64,000 nt of DNA from Candidatus Micrarchaeia archaeon. GTDB taxonomy: Archaea > Micrarchaeota > Micrarchaeia > Anstonellales > Anstonellaceae. The translations under genes and the position numbers were made by a program. The notes beneath the pieces were generated by a model that saw only the letters and a list, made by a program, of their open reading frames with translations, was not told where the DNA came from and ran no database searches. Below, in pieces: positions 27,490 through 37,743 of the stretch (positions are counted from its first letter, which is position 1; every line of letters begins with the position of its first letter). Location: assembly GCA_041650255.1 (NCBI GenBank), contig JBAZLL010000005.1, positions 153 through 64,152 of the forward strand. Reading direction: 5' to 3'.

Positions 27490-28689
27490 ATGCATGTTTC
27501 AAAACGAACTCTCGGACTGGGAACAGAATCTGCTTTTGAGGTGCTTGCGCAGGTAAATAAAATGCGCAGTGAAGGCAAGGACATAATCAGTTTTTGCATC
27601 GGTCAGCCCGACTTTGATACGCCCGCGCATATCAAAAAAGCGGCAATAAGTGCAATTGACGAGGGAAAAACAGGCTATACCGATTCTGCAGGCGCGCTTC
27701 ATGCACGCGAGGCAGTTGCCCGCTATCTTTCAAAAACCAGAAACATAGATGTGAAACCGGACCACGTTGTGATTGCAAACGGCGCAAAGCCCTTCATTGC
27801 ATATGCAATTGCCTGTACCACCGACCCCGGGCTTGGCGAAGAAGTGATTTATCCGAATCCGGGCTATCCGATTTACGAATCCCAAATATCCGCACAGGGC
27901 GCGGTACCGATTCCGCTTCCTCTTGTGGAAAAAAAGAATTTCAGCTTTGAAATCAGCGAGCTTGAATCAAGAATAACCAAAAAAACCAAACTCCTTATTC
28001 TAAACACGCCCCAAAATCCGACGGGCGGCGTGCTCTCAAGGGAGGACCTTGAAGAAATAGCCGTTCTTGCAAAAAAGCACAATTTCTGGGTTTATGCAGA
28101 CGAAGTTTACAGCCAGATAGTATATGGCAAAAAATTTGAGAGCATCGCATCAATTGATGGAATGTACGAGCGCACCCTTATTTCAGACGGCGCGTCAAAG
28201 GCATATGCAATGACTGGCTGGAGAGTCGGCTTTGCGGCAAATGCCACACTTGCACCTCACATTTCAAAATGGATTACAAATATTGAAGGCTGTGCAAACA
28301 ACATGACTCAATATGCCCTAAAGCAGGCGCTTGAAGGACCCCATGATGAAACAATCAAAATGGTTGCAAGCTTTAAGGAGCGACGCGACCTTGTTGTAAA
28401 GCTCCTCAATGAGATTGAGGGTGTGAGCTGTCATCTTCCGGGCGGGGCATTTTATGCATTTCCAAATGTTAGCGCCGCACTAAAAAATCTCAATCTGAAA
28501 AATTCAATTGAATTGCAGGAGCTTCTGATGCAAAACGGCGTCGCGGTTCTTGCAGATACTCATTTTGGCAGGCACAATCACGGAGACCATGACCATCACA
28601 TACGCCTAAGCTATGCAACTTCAAAGGACAACATAATCAACGGAATTGCAAGAATGAAAAAAGTCATGGGCGAGAAAAAGCCAAAATAA
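27490..28689 (+). CDS. Class I/II pyridoxal-phosphate aminotransferase (aspartate aminotransferase-like)
   Basis: 399 aa. NPQNPTG, YADEVY and the PLP-lysine motif SKAYAMTGWRVG. A TATA-like CCTATATAAGAA lies upstream. Confidence 0.9.
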   Translation: MHVSKRTLGLGTESAFEVLAQVNKMRSEGKDIISFCIGQPDFDTPAHIKKAAISAIDEGKTGYTDSAGALHAREAVARYLSKTRNIDVKPDHVVIANGAKPFIAYAIACTTDPGLGEEVIYPNPGYPIYESQISAQGAVPIPLPLVEKKNFSFEISELESRITKKTKLLILNTPQNPTGGVLSREDLEEIAVLAKKHNFWVYADEVYSQIVYGKKFESIASIDGMYERTLISDGASKAYAMTGWRVGFAANATLAPHISKWITNIEGCANNMTQYALKQALEGPHDETIKMVASFKERRDLVVKLLNEIEGVSCHLPGGAFYAFPNVSAALKNLNLKNSIELQELLMQNGVAVLADTHFGRHNHGDHDHHIRLSYATSKDNIINGIARMKKVMGEKKPK

Positions 28690-28726
28690 TTTAGCAGTTT
28701 TTTTATTTTTCTTTATTCATATTCAT

Positions 28727-30733
28727 GTGGTTTCTATGGGAATAATCGGCAAAGACGCAGTGGAAGAAAAATATTCTATCGAGCAAATAAAACAAGCCGC
28801 AAACCAGATGCGCGGATATGTTCTCATTTCTCTTCATTGCGCCGGCTCCGGGCATTCCGGAGGTTGCCTTTCCATTATGGATATCGTTTCTTCTCTTTAT
28901 TTGAAAGAAATGCGCCACAAACCATCCGAGCCGCAATGGGACGGGCGAGACAGACTCTTTTTCTCAACCGGGCACAAAGCCCCCGCATGGTACACTTCTC
29001 TTGGCTACTGCAATTATTTTGACATAAAGCAAACCGCAACACTACGCAAACTCGGAAGTCCGTTTCAAGGGCATCCCGACAAGAAAAAATGCAGTGGAAT
29101 AGAATTGTCATGCGGCTCGCTCGGGCAGGGAATTTCCGTGGCAGTGGGCGATGCTCTTGCCGCTAAACTGGACAAAAAAGATTATCGCGTTTATTGCATA
29201 ATGGGCGATGGCGAACAGCAGGAAGGGCAAGTATGGGAAGCCGCAATGGAGGCATCCCATTACAAGCTTGACAATCTCGTGGGAATAATTGACTTAAACA
29301 TGCTTCAAATTGACGGAAAAACAAAAGACGTCATGAACATTGAGCCAATCGTCGAGAAATACAAATCGTTCGGCTGGCACACAATAGACTGCGACGGACA
29401 CGATATCAATTCAATTTTGGGCGCATTCGAAGAGGCTAAAAAAACAAAGGGAAAACCCTCCGTAATAATTGCGCGCACCATCAAGGGCAAAGGCGTAAGC
29501 TTTATGGAAAATCTGGCGGGCTGGCACGGAAAATCTCCGAACCTTGACGAACTTAACCGTGCTCTCAAAGAGCTCGGAGCAGAAAATCTTCCAAAAGACG
29601 AAATGATTTTAATCTCAAAAAATTTCCAAAAAGAAATTGATGCAAAAATAGAAGCTTCAATGCCCAAATTTTCAAAAAATTATTGGTGGAACGCCCAATC
29701 CGAAATGAAAGTTGAAATGAAACCAACCCGCATCGGATTCGGGGAAGAACTTTGCGAAAATCAAAATCCAAACATAGTTGCATTGGGCGCGGACATCTCG
29801 GGTTCAATTTGCATCAACATGTTTTATGAAAATAAGCCCGAGCGCAAAAACCGATTCTTCTCAATGGGCATTGCAGAACAATCCGGCACCTGCGTTGCCG
29901 CTGGATTGGCAAAGGAGGGAAAAATTCCCTTCTTTGGAACTTATGGAGTGTTTGCGGCAGGCAGGGCGCTTGACCAAGTCCGCACAACCGTCGCTTACGG
30001 AAACTGGAATGTGAAAATTGCAGGTGCGCACGGCGGAATATCCGTAGGCGCAGACGGCGCAACCCATCAGGCTCTTGAGGAAATATTTCAAATCGCCGGG
30101 GTTCCAAACATGAATCTTCTGGTTCCCTGCGATTCAATAGAAACCCGCAAGGTAACTCATACAACGATTGAAATAAATGGTCCGTGTTATATTCGTTATG
30201 CGCGCGAAGCCACCCCGATAGTAACCAAAGAAAATACTCCTTACAAATTCGCGGTTGCAACCATCATTCACTATATTGGTGCAAAACCACTTTTCACCGA
30301 TGCATTTGAAACCTCCCTTTCCACCGACTCAAAAAACCAGAACGAGGACATTAGCATTATTTCCTGCGGGCCAGAAGTTGCGGAAGCGATGCGAGCCGCA
30401 TGGATTCTAAAAGAGGAATTTGCGATAAATGCACGAGTGATAAATCTTTCAACAGTCAAGCCTCTTGATAAAATTGCAATCTGCCGTGCGGCGGAGGAAA
30501 CAGGTGCGGTTCTAAGTGTTGAAGAGCACCAAAAAGGAGGAATCGGAAATCTCATATCATCAGCAATTCTCTCCTCTCATAATTTATCCAAAGTGCCCGT
30601 ATTTGACATGATTGGAATAAACGATGAATTCGGAGAATCCGGCGCTCCATGGGAACTTATTAAAAAATTCGGGCTTTCGGCAGAGCATATTGCAAAGAAG
30701 GCAAAAGAAATGGTTGACAAGAAAAAGAAATAG
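28727..30733 (+). CDS. tkt: Transketolase, with the N- and C-terminal halves fused in one 668-aa polypeptide
   Basis: TPP-binding GSGHSGGCLS, GDGEQQEGQVWEA, and pyrimidine-binding/C-terminal domain motifs (FSMGIAEQ, GAHGGISVGADGATHQ). GTG 28727 is the track start; ATG 28736 is an alternative. Confidence 0.9.
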   Translation: MVSMGIIGKDAVEEKYSIEQIKQAANQMRGYVLISLHCAGSGHSGGCLSIMDIVSSLYLKEMRHKPSEPQWDGRDRLFFSTGHKAPAWYTSLGYCNYFDIKQTATLRKLGSPFQGHPDKKKCSGIELSCGSLGQGISVAVGDALAAKLDKKDYRVYCIMGDGEQQEGQVWEAAMEASHYKLDNLVGIIDLNMLQIDGKTKDVMNIEPIVEKYKSFGWHTIDCDGHDINSILGAFEEAKKTKGKPSVIIARTIKGKGVSFMENLAGWHGKSPNLDELNRALKELGAENLPKDEMILISKNFQKEIDAKIEASMPKFSKNYWWNAQSEMKVEMKPTRIGFGEELCENQNPNIVALGADISGSICINMFYENKPERKNRFFSMGIAEQSGTCVAAGLAKEGKIPFFGTYGVFAAGRALDQVRTTVAYGNWNVKIAGAHGGISVGADGATHQALEEIFQIAGVPNMNLLVPCDSIETRKVTHTTIEINGPCYIRYAREATPIVTKENTPYKFAVATIIHYIGAKPLFTDAFETSLSTDSKNQNEDISIISCGPEVAEAMRAAWILKEEFAINARVINLSTVKPLDKIAICRAAEETGAVLSVEEHQKGGIGNLISSAILSSHNLSKVPVFDMIGINDEFGESGAPWELIKKFGLSAEHIAKKAKEMVDKKKK

Positions 30734-30819
30734 TTTGCAAAAGAAAGCATGGACTGACAAAACAGTTAAAGAGTAAGCCTGTAAGAGAAAGTCGCATAAA
30801 AAAATAAGCGGTGATTTTT

Positions 30820-31224
30820 ATGGCATTGAAAGGTTTTGTAGCGGATTTAGAAAATCAGACATTGAAAAATTCCGATTTTAGGCGTGTTCTCTATACCGGC
30901 AAGCACAGCCAACTTGTTCTGATGAATCTCAAGCCCGGCGAGGAAATCGGGATGGAAGTGCATTCTCATCTTGACCAGTTCTTTCGGTTTGAATCAGGGG
31001 ATGGGGCGGTTTTCATAGATGGAAAACGGCACACAGTCCACGATGGCGATTGTGCAATTGTTCCTGCTGGTGCAGAGCACAATGTTCTAAACACCTCTAA
31101 AAAATCGGAGCTGAAATTTTACACTATATATTCTCCACCAGAGCACATTGACAAAACAATTCGGCACACGAAAAAGGACGCAGAAGAAATGCCTGAAGAA
31201 TACGATGGCAAGCCGAGCGAATAA
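30820..31224 (+). CDS. Cupin-domain protein
   Basis: 134 aa from ATG 30820, with GGTGAT 5 nt upstream. Cupin motifs GMEVHSHLDQFFRFESG and GDCAIVPAGAEHNVLN. Confidence 0.75.
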   Translation: MALKGFVADLENQTLKNSDFRRVLYTGKHSQLVLMNLKPGEEIGMEVHSHLDQFFRFESGDGAVFIDGKRHTVHDGDCAIVPAGAEHNVLNTSKKSELKFYTIYSPPEHIDKTIRHTKKDAEEMPEEYDGKPSE

Positions 31225-31355
31225 TCCGATTCAATAATTCTCAAACGCAGTAGCGGCTCCGAGCGCAAGTTCCAATCTGCTTTTTCTTTTTCTATTTTCA
31301 TGCCCTTCACTTGCAAAAGTTTATTTACCTGCGCTTAATTCCCTTATCGATTCCT

Positions 31356-33776
31356 ATGGACTGCAAACCAACTTCCGAATTTAAGAAAATGTCCGTGCCC
31401 GCCACCCTCTCTCTTCTTGATACAAAAGAGGGCGGACTAAGCGAGAAGGAGGCATCAAGCCGGATTGAAAAATTCGGCTACAACGAAGTTCCCGAAAAAA
31501 AGGAAAATATTTTCGCAGAGCTTTTTTCGCATTTTTGGGGTCCAATCCCATGGCTTTTGGAAATTGCAACAATACTCTGTTATTTCGTAGGAAACAAAGT
31601 GGACGCTATAGTGCTCGCGCTTTTGGTTGTGCTCAACGGCTTGGTCGCATTTTACAACGAGCACGATTCCAAAAAGGCCCTCATTCTCCTAAAGCACAAG
31701 CTCACAATCAAAACCCGGGTTCTTCGGGACAAAAATTGGAAAACCACTGAGGCCCGCGAGCTTGTGCCCGGCGACATAATATTAGTCGGATTGGGAGATG
31801 TGGTTCCTGCCGATGCAAAAATAATTTCAGGAAGCATTTCGGCAGACCAGGCGGCACTCACCGGCGAATCACTGCCTGTTGAGTTGCGCGACAACGACAT
31901 CATTTTCACAGGTTCAATCATAAAACGCGGCGAAGTAAAATGCATCGTAATAAATACGGGCATGCGCACCTTTTTTGGAAAAACAGTGGAGCTTGTCAAC
32001 ATCGCAAAGCCAAAATCCAAGACGGAGGAAATAATGTTCACCCTCTCGCGCAATGTTTCCTATATCGGCGCGGTACTCTTTGTCGCTGTATTATTATACG
32101 CAATCTCAATTGACTCCACTCCCCTCACGATTCTCACATTTGCAATTCTTTTCATCGGAGGAGGAGTTCCCGCCGCTCTCCCAATGATGTTCACAATATC
32201 GCAGGCAAAGGGCGCAACCGACTTGTCAAAACGAAATATTTTAGTAACAAAGCTTGACTCGCTTGAGAGCGCCGCTTCAGTGGAAGTAATCTGCCTTGAC
32301 AAAACCGGCACAATCACAATGAACGAGCTTGAAGTGCGCGAGTCAATTCCCATCTTCAAATCCAGCCCCCAAGAAGTGCTTGCCCTTGCCGCTCTTGCAT
32401 CAAATGACGCAAGCAAGGACGCAATAGATTCCGCAATAATCCGATATGCAAAAGCAAAAAATGCAAAGCTTGCAGGCTGTTCCCAAATTTCATACAAGCC
32501 CTTTGAGCCCGCCACAAAGCGCGCCGAAGGAATAGTAAAACAAAAGACAAAGAAATTTGCAGTGATAAAAGGAGCGCCGCAAACCGTTATCTCTTTGTGC
32601 AAAGGCACCACCCGCGCGCAAAAAGACGCACTCGATAAAAAAGTGCAAGAGCTTTCCAAAAAAGGATGCCGCGCGCTCGCAATCGCAAAATCCGAATATG
32701 GAAAATTCAACAAGCTCACCCTTGTCGGAGTAATCGGGCTTGGAGATCCGCTTCGCCCGGATTCAAAAGAAACAATTTGTGCATTGCGCGAAGCCGGCAT
32801 AAAACCGATAATGCTAACTGGTGACAATATTGCGGTCGCGCGTGAAATCGCAATGCAGGCGGGCATTGGCTCGCGCATCGTGCGCATCAGCGAAATAAAA
32901 TCGCTTCCTGAAAAAAAGCAATCGGACGCGGTGCTTACGTGCGACGGAATTGCCGAAATATACCCAGAAGACAAATTCTGGGTTGTAAAACTTTTGCAGT
33001 CTCGCGGCAAAATAGTCGGCATGACCGGAGATGGGGTAAATGATGCTCCCGCTCTCAAGCAAGCCGAGCTTGGAATCGCGGTAAGCAGTTCAACCGATGT
33101 TGCAAAAGCCGCCGCAAGCATGGTGCTAACTGAGCCTGGCACAAAAGACATATTGGAAGCCGTGCGCGTAAGCCGGGAAGCATTTCAACGAATGCTCACT
33201 TGGACTTTGAAGAAAATTTCGCGCTCCATTCAGTTTATGCTCATATTGCTTGTCGGATTTTTCCTCTTTCAGGACATCGTGGTCTCAATCACCGGACTTG
33301 TGTTCCTGATGATAATCAATGACTTTTTGACAATGACTTTGGCAATTGACAATTCCCGCGCGTCAAAATCCCCGAATATGTGGAATCTCAAAAGTATTAC
33401 AAAAGCCTCCGTGTTTGTAGGTGTGATATTTTTCCTGATAGAGCTTGTGATACTTTTGCTTGGTGTACACACCTTCAAGCTTGGGCTAACCGGAATACAA
33501 ACCCTAATGCTCATCTCGCTTGTATATACCGGTCAGCTCGGCATATACATAGTTCGCGAGCGCGGGCATTTCTGGCAGTCATGGCCTCACGTATATGTGG
33601 CGTTTACGCTCTGGCTTGCCATCGTACTGGTTTCCTTGCTTGCGGTTTATGGTGTTGGCATGGACAAACTGCCGCTGAAAGAAATAGGGCTGACATTTGC
33701 AATTTGCGCCGCATCCATTTTCCTCACGGACATTCCCAAACACTGGGCATATAAAAAATTGGGAATTGGCTTCTAA
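31356..33776 (+). CDS. P-type ATPase, plasma-membrane H+-ATPase-like (type IIIA)
   Basis: About 806 aa from ATG 31356. TGESLPV, CLDKTGTITMNEL, MLTGDN, GDGVNDAPALKQAELGIAV. Overall layout resembles archaeal/fungal/plant H+-ATPases. Confidence 0.85.
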   Translation: MDCKPTSEFKKMSVPATLSLLDTKEGGLSEKEASSRIEKFGYNEVPEKKENIFAELFSHFWGPIPWLLEIATILCYFVGNKVDAIVLALLVVLNGLVAFYNEHDSKKALILLKHKLTIKTRVLRDKNWKTTEARELVPGDIILVGLGDVVPADAKIISGSISADQAALTGESLPVELRDNDIIFTGSIIKRGEVKCIVINTGMRTFFGKTVELVNIAKPKSKTEEIMFTLSRNVSYIGAVLFVAVLLYAISIDSTPLTILTFAILFIGGGVPAALPMMFTISQAKGATDLSKRNILVTKLDSLESAASVEVICLDKTGTITMNELEVRESIPIFKSSPQEVLALAALASNDASKDAIDSAIIRYAKAKNAKLAGCSQISYKPFEPATKRAEGIVKQKTKKFAVIKGAPQTVISLCKGTTRAQKDALDKKVQELSKKGCRALAIAKSEYGKFNKLTLVGVIGLGDPLRPDSKETICALREAGIKPIMLTGDNIAVAREIAMQAGIGSRIVRISEIKSLPEKKQSDAVLTCDGIAEIYPEDKFWVVKLLQSRGKIVGMTGDGVNDAPALKQAELGIAVSSSTDVAKAAASMVLTEPGTKDILEAVRVSREAFQRMLTWTLKKISRSIQFMLILLVGFFLFQDIVVSITGLVFLMIINDFLTMTLAIDNSRASKSPNMWNLKSITKASVFVGVIFFLIELVILLLGVHTFKLGLTGIQTLMLISLVYTGQLGIYIVRERGHFWQSWPHVYVAFTLWLAIVLVSLLAVYGVGMDKLPLKEIGLTFAICAASIFLTDIPKHWAYKKLGIGF

Positions 33777-33889
33777 GTGCGAAAAAGAATTTTTGGCATT
33801 GGCGCCAAACCAGTGCCCATTTTTAATTTTTAAAAAGCCGTTTCTGCCTTTAATTTTTTAAAAAGCCATTTTTTTTGCTTAATCATCCC

Positions 33890-34522
33890 CTAATCCTTCT
33901 TCTCAATCAGGCATTTTTTCAACAATTTGCATATCAATTCCTGCTCTTCTTTTTGTTCGGATGCGACTTCGCGTATCAATACAATCTCTTCAAGCCTCAC
34001 TCCACCTTTTTCCCGCTGTCCCTTTATCGCAAACGCTTCAATTGATTTTCCATAATTTGGAATAATCAAATAAAGGGTGTCCGATTCAAACCGAGCGCCA
34101 TCCGCTTCCTTTATCGCAAATCCATATCCTTTTTTCGCTTTGGCAACTATCGCAGTATTGCCGCCGAACGGAAATTTAATAAAAGAAAAATCCATTTTCT
34201 CAAGCATATCCTTTGGCAAAACGGCCTCGTGCACCACGCTGTTTTTATCGTACATTCTTATGCGGTAAGTTTCCCCTTCCTTTACAATACAATATTTATC
34301 GGCTATTATTGAATTTTCCTTTGTGCGTTTATACACGCACCTAATCTTCCATTGATTTGAAAAATCCCTTAGCGCTTCTTTGCTTATCTGCGCAATCGTA
34401 TCCTGCCGGAAAACATTTTTATTAATCAATTCCACCGCCGGCTCTTTAGCATTCAAAGCAGAGTATTTGCCAATTAGTAATATCGGCAAAACTGTTGTTG
34501 CAATCTTGCGGCTAAGCTTCAT
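33890..34522 (-). CDS. Hypothetical secreted protein
   Basis: 210-aa ORF with an N-terminal signal-like segment (IATTVLPILLIGKYSALNA). No motif recognised. Confidence 0.5.
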   Translation of the reverse strand: MKLSRKIATTVLPILLIGKYSALNAKEPAVELINKNVFRQDTIAQISKEALRDFSNQWKIRCVYKRTKENSIIADKYCIVKEGETYRIRMYDKNSVVHEAVLPKDMLEKMDFSFIKFPFGGNTAIVAKAKKGYGFAIKEADGARFESDTLYLIIPNYGKSIEAFAIKGQREKGGVRLEEIVLIREVASEQKEEQELICKLLKKCLIEKKD

Positions 34523-34580
34523 CGCCTTTGTATATACACTAAAATTATTAAGCCATTTTGGGCATACTCCGCGCTCTTTT

Positions 34581-35387
34581 CTATTTTGCTATTTTTTTGT
34601 ATGCAAGCGTTGCCGCAAAAGTTGCAACCAGCACAAGAACAATTGCCCCTCCCGCCGCCAAATCAAAATAGTATGCAAGCACGAGCCCAACAATTACTGA
34701 TGCAATTGAGAAGAGCATGGAAACAATAATTGTTTGCCTGAAATTTTTGCAAATCAAAAGTGCAATAGATGCGGGAATAACCATAAATGAGGAAACAAGA
34801 AGTATGCCTATTATTCTCATGGACAACACAACTGCAATCGCGGTCAGCACAAGAAACATCGAGTTAAATCTTTCCACGGCAATTCCCGATGCGCGCGCCG
34901 ATTCCTCATCAAATGTAATGTAAAAAAGCTCCTTGTAAAAAAGTGCAAGCACAACAAGAGTCACAATTCCAACTGTCAGTATAAGCAAAATGTCCACTTC
35001 GTTCACTGCCAGTATGCTTCCAAACAAATATGAAAAAAGATCGGTTCCAAATCCGTGCGAGAGACTTACGAGCACCACTCCCAGCGCAAGACCAAACGAA
35101 AATAAAATAGCAATGGCGGAATCGCTATACACTTTCATCTGCTTGAGCTTTTGTATTCCAAACGCCGACAAAACCGCAAAAACGAGCGCGGATAAAAGAG
35201 GATAAATTCCAAAAAACATGCCTGCCGCAATTCCGCCAAACGAAATATGTGCAAGCCCGTCTCCCAAAAGAGCCATTCTTCTCAATACCAAAAATACTCC
35301 GATGCTTGCGCAAAGCATGGCTATGAGAATGCCGCCTATCATCGCCCTTTGCATAAATGTGTATTGCAAAAATTCAAGCATTTTCAC
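34581..35387 (-). CDS. znuB: Zn2+/Mn2+ ABC transporter permease (ABC-3 family)
   Basis: 268 aa, 8-9 TM helices. FMQRAMIGGILIA...LGDGLAHISFGG is the ABC-3 signature. Confidence 0.85.
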   Translation of the reverse strand: MKMLEFLQYTFMQRAMIGGILIAMLCASIGVFLVLRRMALLGDGLAHISFGGIAAGMFFGIYPLLSALVFAVLSAFGIQKLKQMKVYSDSAIAILFSFGLALGVVLVSLSHGFGTDLFSYLFGSILAVNEVDILLILTVGIVTLVVLALFYKELFYITFDEESARASGIAVERFNSMFLVLTAIAVVLSMRIIGILLVSSFMVIPASIALLICKNFRQTIIVSMLFSIASVIVGLVLAYYFDLAAGGAIVLVLVATFAATLAYKKIAK

Positions 35388-35441
35388 GCACCAATTTCAA
35401 ATCAACATATCAATATTTTCATATGCAAAATGTATCACATC

Positions 35442-36188
35442 TCAATCATGATGATGTGGTACCCGCCTTTCATGCTCTTCTCCGCACTCGCAATTTGACT
35501 CCTTACAAATTCCTCTGGTTGTGCTGTGCACCGTAACGCCTGTATTCACGCACATTATTTTTCCCGCATTCTTTGCAACCACTCCGACATCATGGGAAAT
35601 AAGCACAAGTGTCATGCCCTTTTTATTCAACTGCTCAAGCAGGCGATAAAATTCATGCTGTGCCTTTTGGTCAACTCCAACCGTCGGCTCATCAAGTATG
35701 AGCAAATCAGGTTGGGCGCAAAGCGCTCGCGCAATGAAAACCCTCTGCTGTTGCCCACCGGACAAATCCCCGATTCTATTATCTTTCAAATCCAAAATGC
35801 CCGCAGTCTCAAGAGCATTTTCAACTATGTCATTATCCCCTTTGGAAAGCCCTTTTCCCAAACCTGCCTTTTGAATGCGTCCCATGCTCGCCACTTCAAA
35901 GACGCTTGCAGGAAAATTCTGGTTAAAGTTAGTGGCCTTTTGCGGCACATACCCAATTTTCCCCCAATCTCCAAACTCATTCATTTTCTTTGAGAAAATT
36001 TTAATGGTGCCAAAATCCGGCTTAATCAGTCCAAGCATTAATTTTACAATCGTGGTTTTGCCCGCTCCATTGGGTCCAATCATCCCTACAAACTCCCCTT
36101 TTTCAATTGAGAACGACGCTTTTTTTATTGCCGGATGCTTTGCATAAGAAAATGTCACATTTTCAAATTCAACTATTTTTTCATGCAT
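35442..36188 (-). CDS. znuC: Zn2+/Mn2+ ABC transporter ATP-binding protein with a Cys/His-rich C-terminal tail
   Basis: Walker A GPNGAGKTT, signature LSGGQQQRV, Walker B LLILDEPTVGVD. C-terminal tail CKESNCECGEEHERRVPHHHD. Confidence 0.9.
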   Translation of the reverse strand: MHEKIVEFENVTFSYAKHPAIKKASFSIEKGEFVGMIGPNGAGKTTIVKLMLGLIKPDFGTIKIFSKKMNEFGDWGKIGYVPQKATNFNQNFPASVFEVASMGRIQKAGLGKGLSKGDNDIVENALETAGILDLKDNRIGDLSGGQQQRVFIARALCAQPDLLILDEPTVGVDQKAQHEFYRLLEQLNKKGMTLVLISHDVGVVAKNAGKIMCVNTGVTVHSTTRGICKESNCECGEEHERRVPHHHD

Positions 36189-36236
36189 AATTTAACCTTC
36201 ATTTTCAAATAATATTTTTGCATCTATTGCATGTAC

Positions 36237-37238
36237 TTATTTGCATTCCAGCCCCTTTCTAATATTTTCTAAATTCTCATTCATGAGCGAAATATAATTC
36301 TTTCCAGCCGCTTCCTCCTGGGCAGTCACTCCATGCACTGTATTAAACACCAGTACTTGTCCATTTATTTCGCTTGCAAGTGTTTGCGCCGATTTTGGGC
36401 TTATCAGGCTTTCAAAATACACTGCGCTTACATTCTTTTTTCTTGCCTCATCCACAATTTTGGCAAGGTCTGAAGGGGAAGGCTCGCCCTCCTCGCTTAT
36501 GCCCTCAATCGGTATCTGTACGCATCCATATTCTTGGCAAAAATAGCCTAAAGTTGCATGAGTTATAAGTATTTCTTTTTTATTGCAACCCAAAATTTCA
36601 TCCCGTAGTTTCTTGTCCAGCGCATCCAGCTTTTTCTCATATTCAACTGCATTGTTTTCATAATATTCTCTTCCTTGCGGGTCTGCCTGTACAAATGCGT
36701 CTTTGATATTTTCCACTTGTTTTTTTGCAAGCACCGGATTAAGCCAAATATGTGGATCATATTTTCCATGAGAATGTTCTTCTTCATGTTCTACATTTGT
36801 GCCTTTTTCTGCTTCGATACGTTCTTTCTCTCCTTCATCTATATGTTCTTCTCCACGCCCAAGTGCTTCTTCCGCCGTTATTAACTCAATCCCATTACTC
36901 GCATCCACAACAATCAGATTTTGATTTGCAACCCCGTTCAATAAATTTGGCGCCCAAAGTTCCATTCCAGCTCCATTCATTACAAAGACGTTTGCGTCCG
37001 AAAGTTTTTTTATTGCAGACGGAGTTGCCTCAAAATTATGCGGCTCAACTCCGGGTGGGATAAGAATGCTAACTTCAACTCTTTCCCCTCCGACATTTTT
37101 TGCAAAATCATACATTGGGTAAAAGCTTGCCACGACTTTTAATTTTCCGATTTCGCTTTGAACGGTGCCCGTGTTTTGGGACACGCACCCAAAGAAAAGG
37201 AGCATCAGTAAAATTGCAGAAATAATTTTTATTTTCAT
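36237..37238 (-). CDS. znuA: Metal (Zn2+) ABC substrate-binding lipoprotein, TroA/ZnuA family, with an acidic/His-rich loop
   Basis: Lipobox LLFFGC. VVASFYPMYDF, PHNFE, DPHIWLNP. His/Glu loop EEHIDEGEKERIEAEKGTNVEHEEEHSHGKYDPH. I chose the start MKIKII (37238); the track offers 37286. Confidence 0.85.
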   Translation of the reverse strand: MKIKIISAILLMLLFFGCVSQNTGTVQSEIGKLKVVASFYPMYDFAKNVGGERVEVSILIPPGVEPHNFEATPSAIKKLSDANVFVMNGAGMELWAPNLLNGVANQNLIVVDASNGIELITAEEALGRGEEHIDEGEKERIEAEKGTNVEHEEEHSHGKYDPHIWLNPVLAKKQVENIKDAFVQADPQGREYYENNAVEYEKKLDALDKKLRDEILGCNKKEILITHATLGYFCQEYGCVQIPIEGISEEGEPSPSDLAKIVDEARKKNVSAVYFESLISPKSAQTLASEINGQVLVFNTVHGVTAQEEAAGKNYISLMNENLENIRKGLECK

Positions 37239-37290
37239 GTTATCACATATTATCTCTGCCTGTTTCTTATTATTAAATAATTGCATATAA

Positions 37291-37329
37291 TTATTAATTT
37301 TAGCTGTGTAGTCTCATCAGAATTAATAA
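37291..37329. promoter_or_regulatory. 9-bp perfect inverted repeat TTATTAATT-N21-AATTAATAA in the znuA/regulator divergent promoter (candidate operator)
   Basis: Read directly. The two-half-site geometry, separated by about two helical turns, resembles NikR-type operators. The AT-rich context raises the chance of a coincidental match. Confidence 0.35.
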
Positions 37330-37342
37330 AAAAGATGATTTT

Positions 37343-37720
37343 ATGGCAATCGCAAGCATTTCAATAAAACCCCAGGACAAAAAGCAAATTGATATTGCAA
37401 TGCGCCTTTGCGGCACGGACAGCCTCTCCAAACTTTTTCGCATGGCATTAAGCTCTCTCATAAAAGAATACGGCGAAGTTGAAGGGCTCAAAGGTAAAGT
37501 GATGGCGGTCTTTACAATAACTTACGCGGGAAGATGTGCAAGCCTAAACCAAATTTTACATTCCTACTCCGGCAACCTAAAGCTTAGCACACATATCCGC
37601 TCCGAAAAAGGCTGTGCTGAAATAGTCGTGGTAGAAGGAGATGCGGCTGGCATAAGCCGCCTTTTCAAAGACTTGAGAAACAACAAAGAAGTGAAAAACG
37701 TAAGCTGTGCATTTGCATAA
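37343..37720 (+). CDS. NikR-like metal-responsive regulator (N-terminal ribbon-helix-helix plus C-terminal ACT-like metal-binding domain)
   Basis: 125 aa. An RHH-like N-terminus (ISIKPQDKKQIDIAMRLCGTDSLSKLFRMALSSLIKEY) is followed by VFTITY...ILHSYSGNLKLSTHIRSEKGCAEIVVVEGDAAGISRLFKDL, which parallels the NikR C-domain (H..., H, C, then the V.G....I..L pattern). Confidence 0.6.
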   Translation: MAIASISIKPQDKKQIDIAMRLCGTDSLSKLFRMALSSLIKEYGEVEGLKGKVMAVFTITYAGRCASLNQILHSYSGNLKLSTHIRSEKGCAEIVVVEGDAAGISRLFKDLRNNKEVKNVSCAFA

Positions 37721-37743
37721 ATATTTCTTAAAATCAAATGCAA

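Noticed and set aside
32060-33151. 363-aa minus-strand ORF, with similar long antisense ORFs at 6183-6770, 2971-3561, 46740-47294, 62626-63198 and 39554-40762
   Set aside because: Each lies entirely antisense to a confidently identified gene (P-type ATPases, decarboxylase, MFS transporters). Each translates to Ser/Arg/Cys/Phe-rich low-complexity sequence with no motifs. These are shadow ORFs.
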